Source: a virus (taxonomy: Duplodnaviria > Caudoviricetes). From it: DNA of 61,620 nucleotides. The translations under genes and the position numbers were made by a program. Positions 18,068 to 27,036 of this stretch are shown here, one piece after another. The notes beneath the pieces were generated by a model. That model was not told the DNA's origin. It made no database searches and was given only the letters and a program-made list of their open reading frames with translations. Where the stretch lies: positions 1-61,620 of the IMG/VR virus record IMGVR_UViG_3300022921_001235. One strand, 5' to 3'. How positions within the stretch are numbered: position 1 is the stretch's first letter; every line of letters begins with the position of its first letter.

Positions 18068-18599
18068 TGTCTAACTCCTCAAATAGTTGCATTGCAAACT
18101 CAAAACATGTGTTTGCTTCATCTGCCATGTCGTCTGTAAGCATAGCACGTACTGTAGTTTTTAGTTCTTCTACATTATTAAACTCATACATCTTGCCGCT
18201 GCCTGGATTACGCTTTTTAATCATTTGGCCGCCATACATATCACCAAAGTGACGTACATACAAGTGTGCTAGAAACTCTTCTCGGTCTTTCATATGCATA
18301 CAATAGTCTGTATAGTCTGCAACAACTTGACACAGCAAGTCTCCGTTGCGTTCAATACTATGTGCAGTTTCTAGTTCTTCAACGTCTGCACGGATTGCAT
18401 CTGCTCTTGCAATATCTTCAATGCCTTCTAATACACCATATGTTTTTGCTTGGCTTTCCAGCACAGCATACATTACATATTGATTGTACAAATATCTATG
18501 ATACTCTTCTGGTGTCATGCCGTGTAGCAGTTTGCGGGCATGTTCTGTACGTTCTGCTTTCTGGTGATTAGCCCAGGTAAGTTCTTTAAGTTTGCTCAT
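18060..18599 (-). CDS. heme oxygenase
   Basis: LKELT..NH.KAE (proximal His), AHLYVRHFGDMYGGQMI, EAN..FE. Confidence 0.93.
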   Translation of the reverse strand: MSKLKELTWANHQKAERTEHARKLLHGMTPEEYHRYLYNQYVMYAVLESQAKTYGVLEGIEDIARADAIRADVEELETAHSIERNGDLLCQVVADYTDYCMHMKDREEFLAHLYVRHFGDMYGGQMIKKRNPGSGKMYEFNNVEELKTTVRAMLTDDMADEANTCFEFAMQLFEELDSE

Positions 18600-18895
18600 T
18601 CTTCCTCTAACTTGATTTGTAAATGAAATCCGTGATTTCGTGATAGGGTTACTGTTTCAGTTGTTTTCATTTCAGCAACTTCGTGTGAATACACACCAAC
18701 AACACCACTGCCTTCTTCGTGTACTTGCATGGTTATTTGCATAGCACTATCTGGTGTATGTTTAAAAATATTTACTAATACTGCAATAACAAAATCCATT
18801 GGAGTAGCGTCATCATTTAAAAATATTACTTTATATTTCTTTGGTTCTTCAAGATCAATTTTAATTCGTTCATCTAGTTTTACATCTGCGCTCAT
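18596..18895 (-). CDS. clpS: ATP-dependent Clp protease adaptor ClpS
   Basis: PKKYKVIFLNDDATPMDFV...VHEEG.GVVGVY..EVAE.K. Confidence 0.95.
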   Translation of the reverse strand: MSADVKLDERIKIDLEEPKKYKVIFLNDDATPMDFVIAVLVNIFKHTPDSAMQITMQVHEEGSGVVGVYSHEVAEMKTTETVTLSRNHGFHLQIKLEEE

Positions 18896-18909
18896 TTTTA
18901 TCTCCTAGT

Positions 18910-18937
18910 AAAATGGGGGAGATATTTCACTCCCCCT
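18910..18937 (-). terminator. rho-independent terminator after hsp20
   Basis: GGGGGAG/CTCCCCC hairpin followed by a short U run on the minus strand. Confidence 0.6.
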
Positions 18938-18943
18938 AGACTG

Positions 18944-19390
18944 TTAGCCTTCGATTTCATCAAACTGTTTGATTGCAATCTTCTTTGGTTTTTGTGCTTC
19001 TGGTACATTACGCACCAAGTGAATGTTGAGCATACCGAGTTCTAATGTTGCATTTTCAACTTCGATATGCTCGGCTAATGTAAACTGTCTACGGAAGTTG
19101 CGACCGCCGATTCCTTTGTGTAGATAGTTTACTTCCTCGTCTCCTTTTGGAGCATTACCTTCAACAGTCAGCACATTCTTTTCTAATGTGATGTCTAGGT
19201 TGTCCATACCAAAACCGGCAACTGCCAACGAAATCATATATTCGTTTTCATTGATTTCTACTACGTTGTATGGTGGATAACCTGTGCTCTTTGTATTCTC
19301 AAATGCTCGATTCATTTCATCAAACATTCTATCAAAGCCTACAGTGGCACGGTGAAGTTGGGGTAAGTCTAGTGTTGTTAATCTTGTCAT
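18944..19390 (-). CDS. small heat-shock protein Hsp20 (IbpA-like)
   Basis: GFDRMF, YPPYNV, LAVAGF, YLHKGI..RNF.R.F.LAE, GML.I.L. Confidence 0.95.
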   Translation of the reverse strand: MTRLTTLDLPQLHRATVGFDRMFDEMNRAFENTKSTGYPPYNVVEINENEYMISLAVAGFGMDNLDITLEKNVLTVEGNAPKGDEEVNYLHKGIGGRNFRRQFTLAEHIEVENATLELGMLNIHLVRNVPEAQKPKKIAIKQFDEIEG

Positions 19391-19443
19391 TTTGTTTCTC
19401 CTTATAAAGCAAGAATAATGTTGGATCCATTTTTGGCATCCAG
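19391..19443 (-). promoter_or_regulatory. ROSE-like RNA thermometer in the hsp20 leader
   Basis: UUCUUGCU-UUAU-AAGGAGAA places the U(U/C)GCU motif opposite the SD; an extra hairpin (UGGAUGCCA...UGGAUCCA) lies upstream. Confidence 0.7.
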
Positions 19444-19444
19444 T

Positions 19445-20569
19445 TTATTTACCAATTGTCGATCCTTCATAGACCGAATTGTGTGTTTGTGTACAACGAA
19501 TAAATGTTGCACACTTAGGCAGTTGCTTGATTGTTTTAGCACCTGCATATGTGCAAGTACTACGCACACCTCCTAGAATGTCCTGTACCGTAGCGGCTAC
19601 AGCACCTCTATAAGGCACAAGCACTGTGCGTCCTTCTGACGAGCGATAATCTTTCAATCCGCCAAAATGCTTTGTGTTTGCTGCTTCACTACTCATACCG
19701 TAGAACTGTACAAACTGTTTCATTTCTCTTACTCGATGACCTTCGTATTGTAATTCATTCGTTTCATAGAACTTACTAATAACTTCGCCGCCGCCTTCAT
19801 CGTGTCCGGCAAGCATACCGCCAAGCATTACAAAGTCTGCGCCGGCAGCAAAAGCCTTAGCCACGTCACCAGGGCAGGTACAGCCGCCATCAGCAATAAT
19901 ATGTCCACCAAGACCATGAGCCGCATCGGCACATTCGATAACAGCACTAAGCTGAGGATACCCCACGCCAGTCTGAATGCGAGTAGTGCATACACTACCA
20001 GGGCCAATTCCCACTTTAACGATATCTGCTCCAGCAAGTATAAGTTCCTCCGTCATTTCTCTTGTTACTACATTTCCAGCAATGATTACAATATGTGGTA
20101 ATGCTTTGCGCACATCACGCACTCGAGATGCAAAATGCTCCGAGTATCCGTTTGCAATATCCATACACACGTACTTGATCATACCTGGTGCTTTATCGTA
20201 TACCATACACAACTTTTCAAAGTCTGTATAACTTGTACCAATACTCATTGCAACATTATCTGTACGCTGATAAATACCTGCATTAAAGTATTCTACAAGT
20301 TCATCTACTGAGTAAGTTTTAACCAAGCAAGTAAACATGTCACCTTCAGCAAGTTTGTCAGCCATTTCAAATGTGCCAACACCATCCATGTTAGCAGCCA
20401 TAATAGGAATGCCACGATAGTGATAGTTTGGAATACGCAGACCTGGCTCATAGTTACGAAAGTTTGTTTTACGTTCTAAACTTACTTCACTACGACTTTT
20501 AAGTGTACTTCGCTTGGGACGTATTAGCACATCCTTATAATCAAGTTTGACATCTTCTTCGATGCGCAT
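19445..20569 (-). CDS. guaC: GMP reductase
   Basis: [64 protein letters not shown]; no CBS domains. Confidence 0.95.
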   Translation of the reverse strand: MRIEEDVKLDYKDVLIRPKRSTLKSRSEVSLERKTNFRNYEPGLRIPNYHYRGIPIMAANMDGVGTFEMADKLAEGDMFTCLVKTYSVDELVEYFNAGIYQRTDNVAMSIGTSYTDFEKLCMVYDKAPGMIKYVCMDIANGYSEHFASRVRDVRKALPHIVIIAGNVVTREMTEELILAGADIVKVGIGPGSVCTTRIQTGVGYPQLSAVIECADAAHGLGGHIIADGGCTCPGDVAKAFAAGADFVMLGGMLAGHDEGGGEVISKFYETNELQYEGHRVREMKQFVQFYGMSSEAANTKHFGGLKDYRSSEGRTVLVPYRGAVAATVQDILGGVRSTCTYAGAKTIKQLPKCATFIRCTQTHNSVYEGSTIGK

Positions 20570-20581
20570 GTTATATTCCTT

Positions 20582-20824
20582 CTACAAGTTTTCTTGATCT
20601 TTAATACGTTTTTTCTTATATCTACGAATTGCTGCTTGTTTCTCTAGGCGCTTTTTGGTGCCTTTTGATTGGAAAAACTCTTTAGCACGTAGCTCTTGAA
20701 GAATACCATCTTCAGCAATCTTTTTCTTAAATCTGCGCAATGCTTTGTTAAAATCTCCGTTACGTACTTCTACACGCATACCTGAAACGATAGCATTTTT
20801 TTCGTCATGTTTATTTTTACTCAT
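20582..20824 (-). CDS. rpsU: ribosomal protein bS21
   Basis: VEVRNGDFNKALRRFKKK...GIL.ELR.KEFF...K.R..K..A.RR. Confidence 0.9.
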   Translation of the reverse strand: MSKNKHDEKNAIVSGMRVEVRNGDFNKALRRFKKKIAEDGILQELRAKEFFQSKGTKKRLEKQAAIRRYKKKRIKDQENL

Positions 20825-21211
20825 TTAATCCTCTTTGAGTTTATCATACAACCAATCTAAGTTGTATATTCTATTAACGCTAAGTATATTATATGGCGTA
20901 ACCTCGTCATTTGTCAAGTAAAAAGTATTTGGTAGGCTAACAAAATAAGTAGCCAAATTTCTTTCTATTGTGTCTAGGTTATCAATATCTAATATTGTAT
21001 AATCTACAAAGCGTGATATATTAAGTAGCCAGTCATATTTTCTTTCTTCATCATCTTTTGGATCATAAAGGTATATGTTCATTGGGCTATTAAAATTTTT
21101 CAACAAGTTTTGAAACTGGTCTCGTACTCCAACACTAGGCTGAACTAATAAGAACGAAGTTGATTTATTGTGTATTACATCTGGTGGTGTAATAACATTA
21201 ATTTTTGTCAT
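20825..21211 (-). CDS. hypothetical phage protein
   Basis: 128-aa ORF overlapping the upstream gene. Confidence 0.65.
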   Translation of the reverse strand: MTKINVITPPDVIHNKSTSFLLVQPSVGVRDQFQNLLKNFNSPMNIYLYDPKDDEERKYDWLLNISRFVDYTILDIDNLDTIERNLATYFVSLPNTFYLTNDEVTPYNILSVNRIYNLDWLYDKLKED

Positions 21212-23033
21212 AATCTTCCCAAGGCAAATAATCTGTCCTACCTTGTATATATCGTTCTTTGTGATACTTTACTGTATCATTTGGATTGTCTTGTTTCCAT
21301 TTTTGTTTATTTTCTTTGTAAGTGTTATCGTAAAGTTCACGTTCTTCTAAGTCTTGTCTTCGTTCTTCCAAAACTCCTCCGGGCAACATTCCTCCATCAT
21401 TGACGGTTCTACTTGCGGTATCATTGCTTTCAATTGTTCTGTGGTCATTCCTGGTGTATGAGGTTGAATTATCTCTGTCATTTCCGGCAATGTAGCTGCG
21501 GGCGTAACTGTCTTTCCAATCATCCCTGCCATCATTAGATCTATTAGTGTTGTCATTTAGTTCTTCCTGTTGGGCCTGTCCCTGTCGAGGATACTCCTGA
21601 CGGCGCATCTCGAATGTGGTTTGGCTCGCTATGAGCAGAAGTACTGCTAATGGATCGAATACAAATATGATTGTTATTATTACCCATCTTACTGCTTCCT
21701 CTAGTATATCCTTGTCAGCTGTTTCTCCGTAGATAAACTCTGCTAGGTATTTTACTGGTCCTACTTCTGCTTCTAGTTTTCTATACTCAGTCTGTAAAGT
21801 ATACTTTTGTTCTGTAAGTGTGTCAATGGTATTATTTGCTAATACTATCTTTTCTTGTTGTTGTGCAATAGTAGCTTCAACTGCGGCATCCTTGCCCACA
21901 GTTAAACTATTGCGTAAACTTTGTATAAGTGTGTTTGATTGTGCTATCTGTGCATCTGCACCAGCACGAATTCTTTGTACTTCTTCTCTTGCTTTTGTTA
22001 TAACAGGAGACTCTGTGTTGCGTACTTGATCAATAGTTGCCAATACTTCTAGTTGACGATTTTTGACGGCTTGTGTTTGCTCGTTGCGTATGTTGCTTAC
22101 AAGGTTGGTTAGTCGTGTGCGTTCTGTATCAACTATGCTTTGTGCTGTAGCACGTAGTTGTGCTACCTGTGCTTGTAGTTCGCCTATTCTAGCACGTTGC
22201 TGTGTTATCCATGTATCTGCTGACCTACGTGTGTTTGGACCTGCATTGCCGTCTGCGTTTGCTCCAATGGTACGCTGTGCAGATGCTATTTGATCACGCT
22301 CTCTACTAGCAAGTTGTCCTTCAACTTTTACAATACTATTTTCTATGCTGTTGATTTGTGCTAACACAGGGTCTACTGCACTAACATCAACACTCAGTTG
22401 TGCAATGCGTGATTCGTACTGTGTTGCTTGTATATCTAATCTACGTAGTTCTTCATCAAGTGCAGTTAGTTGTTCTTCGTATGGTTGTGTACGTTCGCTG
22501 TCTAATGTTCTTGCTGCTTGAATGATGGCGTTCTGTTCTGCAATAGCAGGTTCAATGCGTGTGTATGCTGTATCAATACGCTGTTGTTCTCTATCTATTT
22601 GTGCTTGTATTTCATCGTTGCCTGCGCCTACACTAGCTTCTGCTTCTAGTATACGTTCTTCTGCTCGCTCAATGATTGCTTCTTGTCTATCAAGTTCTTC
22701 ATCAATACGCTCTAGTTGTGCAACACCTTCGGTGGCAGCAGCAGTTTGTTCAATGTGTGCTTTGCTGAGATATCCAAAAATACCCATGCTTGTAATAAAC
22801 ATCAATATCACTGTAGCAATAGTTAGATAACTCTTTAACCACCATTTAGCTTGGTTCCAATATCTATGTAACCACACCGCAGTTACAAGTTTTCCTATTT
22901 CTAGTACGCCGCCCATGATCATAATAGGTACCGCGGCGGCGGCAAAAATAGCTACTAGTCCGCTAACGCTGTAGTAGATGGCAACGGCGCTGATCGACAG
23001 CGCCGTTATGAGTACAAGTATTCCAAATATCAT
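21198..23033 (-). CDS. multi-pass membrane protein with long coiled coil and peptidoglycan-binding-like motif
   Basis: Three N-terminal TM helices, about 350-aa heptad region containing QRTIGANADGNAGPNT, then a TM (IIFVFDPLAVLLLIA). Confidence 0.7.
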   Translation of the reverse strand: MIFGILVLITALSISAVAIYYSVSGLVAIFAAAAVPIMIMGGVLEIGKLVTAVWLHRYWNQAKWWLKSYLTIATVILMFITSMGIFGYLSKAHIEQTAAATEGVAQLERIDEELDRQEAIIERAEERILEAEASVGAGNDEIQAQIDREQQRIDTAYTRIEPAIAEQNAIIQAARTLDSERTQPYEEQLTALDEELRRLDIQATQYESRIAQLSVDVSAVDPVLAQINSIENSIVKVEGQLASRERDQIASAQRTIGANADGNAGPNTRRSADTWITQQRARIGELQAQVAQLRATAQSIVDTERTRLTNLVSNIRNEQTQAVKNRQLEVLATIDQVRNTESPVITKAREEVQRIRAGADAQIAQSNTLIQSLRNSLTVGKDAAVEATIAQQQEKIVLANNTIDTLTEQKYTLQTEYRKLEAEVGPVKYLAEFIYGETADKDILEEAVRWVIITIIFVFDPLAVLLLIASQTTFEMRRQEYPRQGQAQQEELNDNTNRSNDGRDDWKDSYARSYIAGNDRDNSTSYTRNDHRTIESNDTASRTVNDGGMLPGGVLEERRQDLEERELYDNTYKENKQKWKQDNPNDTVKYHKERYIQGRTDYLPWEDYDKN

Positions 23034-23045
23034 ATTATATTTATG

Positions 23046-23543
23046 CTATTCCCAACGATAGAAAATATGCGCACCTATCCTACCGACTAGTTGTAGTGTC
23101 GATGCCCATCTTGGTTTTACATATGTAGCGTGATAGTGTGTAGCACCTTCTGTGATGCCACGATATTTGTCTTCAAACACCATTTGATATGCTAACATTT
23201 GTGCATCAATCCATAAATCTTCATTTTGTGGCCTGTCGTTTTTTCCATCGCAATACCAGCTGAATTGACACTGGTTACGTATCATTGCACCGCTAGGATG
23301 CTGCCTGCCTTGCTTAACTACTTCGCAAATAGTATTAGGATAACGTGTGTCGCGCACACGATTTTGCACCACGTCTGCTACTGCCACACGATCTGCCAAG
23401 GTACTACCACGAGCCTCATAGTAGATATTCAGCGCCATACAATACGCTTGTGGATATTCTTCTTCTGTATACAAGTTTGTAGTTTGTGCTTGTGCCGCAT
23501 TGGCTACAATCAGCATTACTGCTGCTATAATATAAAACTTCAT
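23046..23543 (-). CDS. cell wall hydrolase (SleB/Hydrolase_2 family)
   Basis: Signal peptide; CMALNIYYEARG, V.NRV...YPNTICEVV.Q, CQFSWYCDG, GATHYHA.YV.P.W, IG.HIFY. Confidence 0.93.
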   Translation of the reverse strand: MKFYIIAAVMLIVANAAQAQTTNLYTEEEYPQAYCMALNIYYEARGSTLADRVAVADVVQNRVRDTRYPNTICEVVKQGRQHPSGAMIRNQCQFSWYCDGKNDRPQNEDLWIDAQMLAYQMVFEDKYRGITEGATHYHATYVKPRWASTLQLVGRIGAHIFYRWE

Positions 23544-23569
23544 GTTCTTACCTCAATGATTGATTTTGT

Positions 23570-23923
23570 TTATCGACGCATACTTGCGATGTCTTTTGCA
23601 TCTTCTTTTTTATCTGCGAAGATTGGTACCATATTACTTTTATGCATAGTTGCAATACCTAACAACTGACGCTCGCCTGAATACGTCAATGATTCTTTTG
23701 CAGGACCGTGGCCTGCAATCTTGTTGCTTAGTGGTACTGTGTTACTTGTTTTATAATCTGGTATCTCATTTGTGTGTTTGGCTGTGCTTTTGCCTACACC
23801 CATCTTTACAAGCCACTGCTCATGTTCTGCTTGTGCGTTTTGTAGTCTTTTGTTTTTGCTTTGTTTCTGTTTACGATTGTAACGAGTGGTGGTCATATAA
23901 GGACCAACTAGTTGCATTGTCAT
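23570..23923 (-). CDS. conserved-looking hypothetical phage protein
   Basis: Basic 117-aa ORF (GIATMHKSNMVPIF) with SD AGGAG and its own promoter. Confidence 0.7.
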   Translation of the reverse strand: MTMQLVGPYMTTTRYNRKQKQSKNKRLQNAQAEHEQWLVKMGVGKSTAKHTNEIPDYKTSNTVPLSNKIAGHGPAKESLTYSGERQLLGIATMHKSNMVPIFADKKEDAKDIASMRR

Positions 23924-23985
23924 AAAAAAACTCCTGCTAGTGTTTCTACTCTAAGTAATATAGCAGGAGTTTAGTTGAATGTCAA
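23924..23985 (-). promoter_or_regulatory. sigma70 promoter nested in an SD-sequestering/terminator hairpin
   Basis: TTGACA(23985-23980)-17 nt-TATATT; 12-bp inverted repeat AAACTCCTGCTA/TAGCAGGAGTTT followed by a U run. Confidence 0.65.
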
Positions 23986-23986
23986 C

Positions 23987-24223
23987 CTATTCTTTGTTGA
24001 TTAAATGACGTTTTACAGCCCTTTTATCAGGTGGTAGTTCTTTGCCGATCATACTATTACGTGCATCAATAAACTTTTCATGGTATGCTATTCTTTCTAG
24101 TAGATACTCATACATCGGATCTTCAGGATCAGTTGCTTTAAGTTGCCTTCGTATGTTGGTTAGTCTTCCTGCTACCCATCCATTGACTTCGTTTATTGCA
24201 TGTCTACTAGTATTAAATGACAT
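23987..24223 (-). CDS. hypothetical protein
   Basis: 78-aa ORF with a TAATG junction. Confidence 0.55.
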   Translation of the reverse strand: MSFNTSRHAINEVNGWVAGRLTNIRRQLKATDPEDPMYEYLLERIAYHEKFIDARNSMIGKELPPDKRAVKRHLINKE

Positions 24224-24351
24224 TACTTACCTTCCATATCGGCTAGTTTATCAGCTGCTTCTCGTAACATTTGAGCTTTTCGTAAGTTTTGAGACGATTC
24301 TGCCTCTCTTGCTAAATCATGTAAAAAAATAACTAGTTCACCGTCTGACAT
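24223..24351 (-). CDS. 42-aa hypothetical protein (not in ORF track)
   Basis: MSDGELVIFLHDLAREAES...MEGK; TAATG-coupled at both ends. Confidence 0.55.
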   Translation of the reverse strand: MSDGELVIFLHDLAREAESSQNLRKAQMLREAADKLADMEGK

Positions 24352-24830
24352 TAGTGTTTGCCTTCCATAAGTGCAACTGCGGCATCGTAGTCTTCTTGAC
24401 TTACAACACCTTCACGCAATAGCTTGCTTCTATTTACCAGATGTTTGCCTTGGACTTCTTCTTTTGATCCGCCGAAGTATGCTACACAATGTCCTTCAGA
24501 GATCATAATGTCTGTTACTAAATCTCCTGACGGAGTACGGAAGTCGCCTAGGATACGTCCAAACTTGCCTTTCATATCTTCGCCGCTTTTGTTTTCTGTT
24601 GTGATTAACTTGCCGCCATTTTCTAATAGTTCTTTTAGTCTATTCTTAGCTGCTGTGCCAAATACTTTTTCTACTTTGTCTGATGTTCTTGACTCTGGAG
24701 TGTCAATACCCATAATGCGTACACGCTCGTCTTTAAGCCATACGCCAAATCCTAGATCAATATCTACATCTACTGTGTCGCCATCTACGCATTTAAGTAG
24801 TACTACGTCATATTCATTTTGTGTTTGCAT
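24351..24830 (-). CDS. thermonuclease (SNase-like)
   Basis: VDGDTVDVDIDLGF, RVRIMGIDTPESRT, GKFGRILG. Confidence 0.88.
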   Translation of the reverse strand: MQTQNEYDVVLLKCVDGDTVDVDIDLGFGVWLKDERVRIMGIDTPESRTSDKVEKVFGTAAKNRLKELLENGGKLITTENKSGEDMKGKFGRILGDFRTPSGDLVTDIMISEGHCVAYFGGSKEEVQGKHLVNRSKLLREGVVSQEDYDAAVALMEGKH

Positions 24831-24914
24831 TTTTGATTCCCTCTAAATAATGTGCCCGTATTATTTAGTCAAGAATAAAGGCCGCACAAATCGACCTTTT
24901 AGTGTTGTGTTTGC

Positions 24915-25508
24915 CTAATCAATATTAGCTCTATCTAACCGTCTAAATATTTCTTCAATGTCCTTCAAGACATTGTGGATGCGTTTATCATCATCTATCT
25001 GTGTGTTGTTAACTCCACGTTCTATCTTGTCAAGTCTGCTGTAGATATCTGAAACTTTGTTTGACAGGTTACGCATCTGTTCAAGTGTGTCTCTCAGTGC
25101 GTAGATTTGATCTCTTAATGTGTCCAACTGTCCACGTGTAACTGAGTCATTTTTCTGACGCTCTAATGATTCTACGATTCCGTTCACTTCAGCACTGATT
25201 GATTCTTTCAGTGCTGAGAGTTGATCTCTTAATGTGTCTAATTGACCACGTGTGACTGAGTCATTTTTCTGACGCTCTAATGATCCTACAATTCCGTTTA
25301 CTTCAGCACTGATTGACTGTAAATCTAATAGTTGATTGTTGATGTCTTTTTGGGATTGTGCAATAGAATCTATCCTTGCGTGAGCATCTGCTGATGTCTG
25401 TATAGACTGTTCAAGCGAAGTTTGTAGATCACTGGCGATTCTAAGACCTCCGTACAACACACCAATCAAAGGCAAGACTGCTGTGATATATCCTATCCAT
25501 TTCCACAT
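24915..25508 (-). CDS. N-terminally anchored coiled-coil protein with internal duplication
   Basis: Likely start MWKWIG (SD GGAG); one TM helix followed by heptads. Confidence 0.65.
   Translation of the reverse strand: MWKWIGYITAVLPLIGVLYGGLRIASDLQTSLEQSIQTSADAHARIDSIAQSQKDINNQLLDLQSISAEVNGIVGSLERQKNDSVTRGQLDTLRDQLSALKESISAEVNGIVESLERQKNDSVTRGQLDTLRDQIYALRDTLEQMRNLSNKVSDIYSRLDKIERGVNNTQIDDDKRIHNVLKDIEEIFRRLDRANID
25107..25316. repeat. 114-bp-period tandem duplication
   Basis: 25107-25202 and 25221-25316 differ at 7 of 96 positions. Confidence 0.9.
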
Positions 25509-25554
25509 TTTATAATTCTCCGGTCTAAATAACGTACCCACATTATTTAGCCGT

Positions 25555-25577
25555 AAAAAAAGAGCCCTAAGGCTCTT
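25555..25577 (-). terminator. rho-independent terminator after porin
   Basis: AAGAGCC-ttag-GGCTCTT followed by a U run. Confidence 0.7.
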
Positions 25578-25598
25578 AATTTAATTTATGTGTTTAAC

Positions 25599-26387
25599 TT
25601 AGAAGTTGAACGATAGTCCTGCTGTTGGAGTAAAGTCTTCTGTGTCAACATTGTAGTTAGCACCTGCTGCAAATGTTGCACCAGCTACATCCATTGTGTA
25701 CTCACCACCGATGTTTTGTAGTGCGTCTGTGTCGTCACCGTTTAGGTATGCTGTTAAGCCACCACGTGTTGCTACAGTTTCAAAACCAAATGTTTCACCA
25801 TCTACATCGTAAGTCATTGCGCCACCTAGTGATGCTACGCCTAAGTCAAGACCGCTAATGCCTGCACCTAGTACTGTGTTTTCACTGTCCAAGTTGTAGT
25901 CAGCTGCTGCTGTTACATCTAAGTTTGCTACGTTCAATGTGTAAGCGCCTTGAATGTTGCTTACGTCTGTTACATCTGTTGTCCAGTCTGTAAGACCTAC
26001 TGCAACTACTGCATCGCCTACAGTTACTTGTACTGCTTCTGCCATTGCTGGTGCTGCTAGTGTTTGCTCACCTTCTGCGCCTGGCATTACGCCTAGGTCA
26101 TCACCAATTGCAACACCTACGCCTGCTACAGTTGTGCCAACTGCCCATGTGTCTAGTGTTACTGCATTGCCGTCTGTTGCAACAAAGTCTAGATCGATTG
26201 TTGCCAATCCACCCATATCTACACCTAGGTCCAGACCCATTGTTCCACCAAACTTGTCGTTTGCTGTTTCAGCAAAGTCAAGTGATACTTCACCTGATAG
26301 TACTGGGGTTGCTACTGTTGTTTCTTCAGCAAATGCTGCTGTTGAAATAGCCATAGCGGCTACTGTTGTAATAAATACATTACGCAT
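25599..26387 (-). CDS. porin-like outer-membrane beta-barrel
   Basis: Signal peptide (A-F-A), LSGEV first strand, acidic amphipathic beta strands, terminal Phe (GLSFNF). Confidence 0.75.
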   Translation of the reverse strand: MRNVFITTVAAMAISTAAFAEETTVATPVLSGEVSLDFAETANDKFGGTMGLDLGVDMGGLATIDLDFVATDGNAVTLDTWAVGTTVAGVGVAIGDDLGVMPGAEGEQTLAAPAMAEAVQVTVGDAVVAVGLTDWTTDVTDVSNIQGAYTLNVANLDVTAAADYNLDSENTVLGAGISGLDLGVASLGGAMTYDVDGETFGFETVATRGGLTAYLNGDDTDALQNIGGEYTMDVAGATFAAGANYNVDTEDFTPTAGLSFNF

Positions 26388-26467
26388 ATTTTAGTTCCTT
26401 TTTTAATATGTATACATAGTAAGGGGCAAGTTCGATGCTTGCCCCTTCACTATATTAGTTATAACAT

Positions 26468-26680
26468 CTACTTGCGTTTTGTCGATCGTTTCGAACGCTT
26501 TTTGGGTGTTTCTACTATAATCTTATCAATATTGTTGCGTTTGAGCAACGGTAGTAGTGCTGTTTCTGCTTGTCTGTCATTCCACTTGAATTGTGTCTTG
26601 GCTTCTTTAAGCATATCCTCTACGGCATCATGTCGTGCTATAATGCCGTAGAGCATTTTATCTATCTCTAACCAATTCAT
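26468..26680 (-). CDS. hypothetical protein with basic C-terminus
   Basis: 70-aa ORF with an ATGA overlap. Confidence 0.55.
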   Translation of the reverse strand: MNWLEIDKMLYGIIARHDAVEDMLKEAKTQFKWNDRQAETALLPLLKRNNIDKIIVETPKKRSKRSTKRK

Positions 26681-26922
26681 GAACTTGCAGTAGATCCACC
26701 AGGAGAAAATCTACCATCTTTAGGACGATACCAGACCTTTTGATTGTGTATGCGGCCTAGTAGCTCTCTTATTTCTTTGATTTCGTCATTAAGTTCGTCT
26801 GTGTAAGGTCCTTCTGGATCAAGCATTACAGTTCTTGCTCGTCTTGACAACTTTCCTTGTAGTGCATGTTCAATAAGTTCAATGTCTCTAACAGTCATAT
26901 GGAAGTTATTGTTTGGTTTCAT
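26677..26922 (-). CDS. hypothetical phage protein
   Basis: 81-aa ORF (MKPNNNF.MTV.DIELIE.AL...HNQKVWYRPK) with SD AAGGA. Confidence 0.65.
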   Translation of the reverse strand: MKPNNNFHMTVRDIELIEHALQGKLSRRARTVMLDPEGPYTDELNDEIKEIRELLGRIHNQKVWYRPKDGRFSPGGSTASS

Positions 26923-26937
26923 AGTGTGTCCTTTGTG

Positions 26938-27036
26938 TTAAGATATCAACATAAAGATAGTTCCAACAAACATTAAAATACCCACTAGTGGTAATGTAAT
27001 GCGCTGAAGTCTAAGATATTTTTTGTTACTTATCAT
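26938..27036 (-). CDS. 32-aa single-TM microprotein (not in ORF track)
   Basis: MISNKKYLRLQRITLPLVGILMFVGTIFMLIS; SD TAAGGA. Confidence 0.5.
   Translation of the reverse strand: MISNKKYLRLQRITLPLVGILMFVGTIFMLIS

Noticed and set aside
17381-18599. Cyanophage assignment from the bilin genes
   Set aside because: No photosystem or hli genes here, and the tmRNA type, ROSE, DUF1127 and porin point to an alphaproteobacterial host; this remains an inference
19445-20569. IMP dehydrogenase
   Set aside because: The N-terminus, ANGYSEHF and YRSSEG motifs and the lack of CBS domains fit GMP reductase
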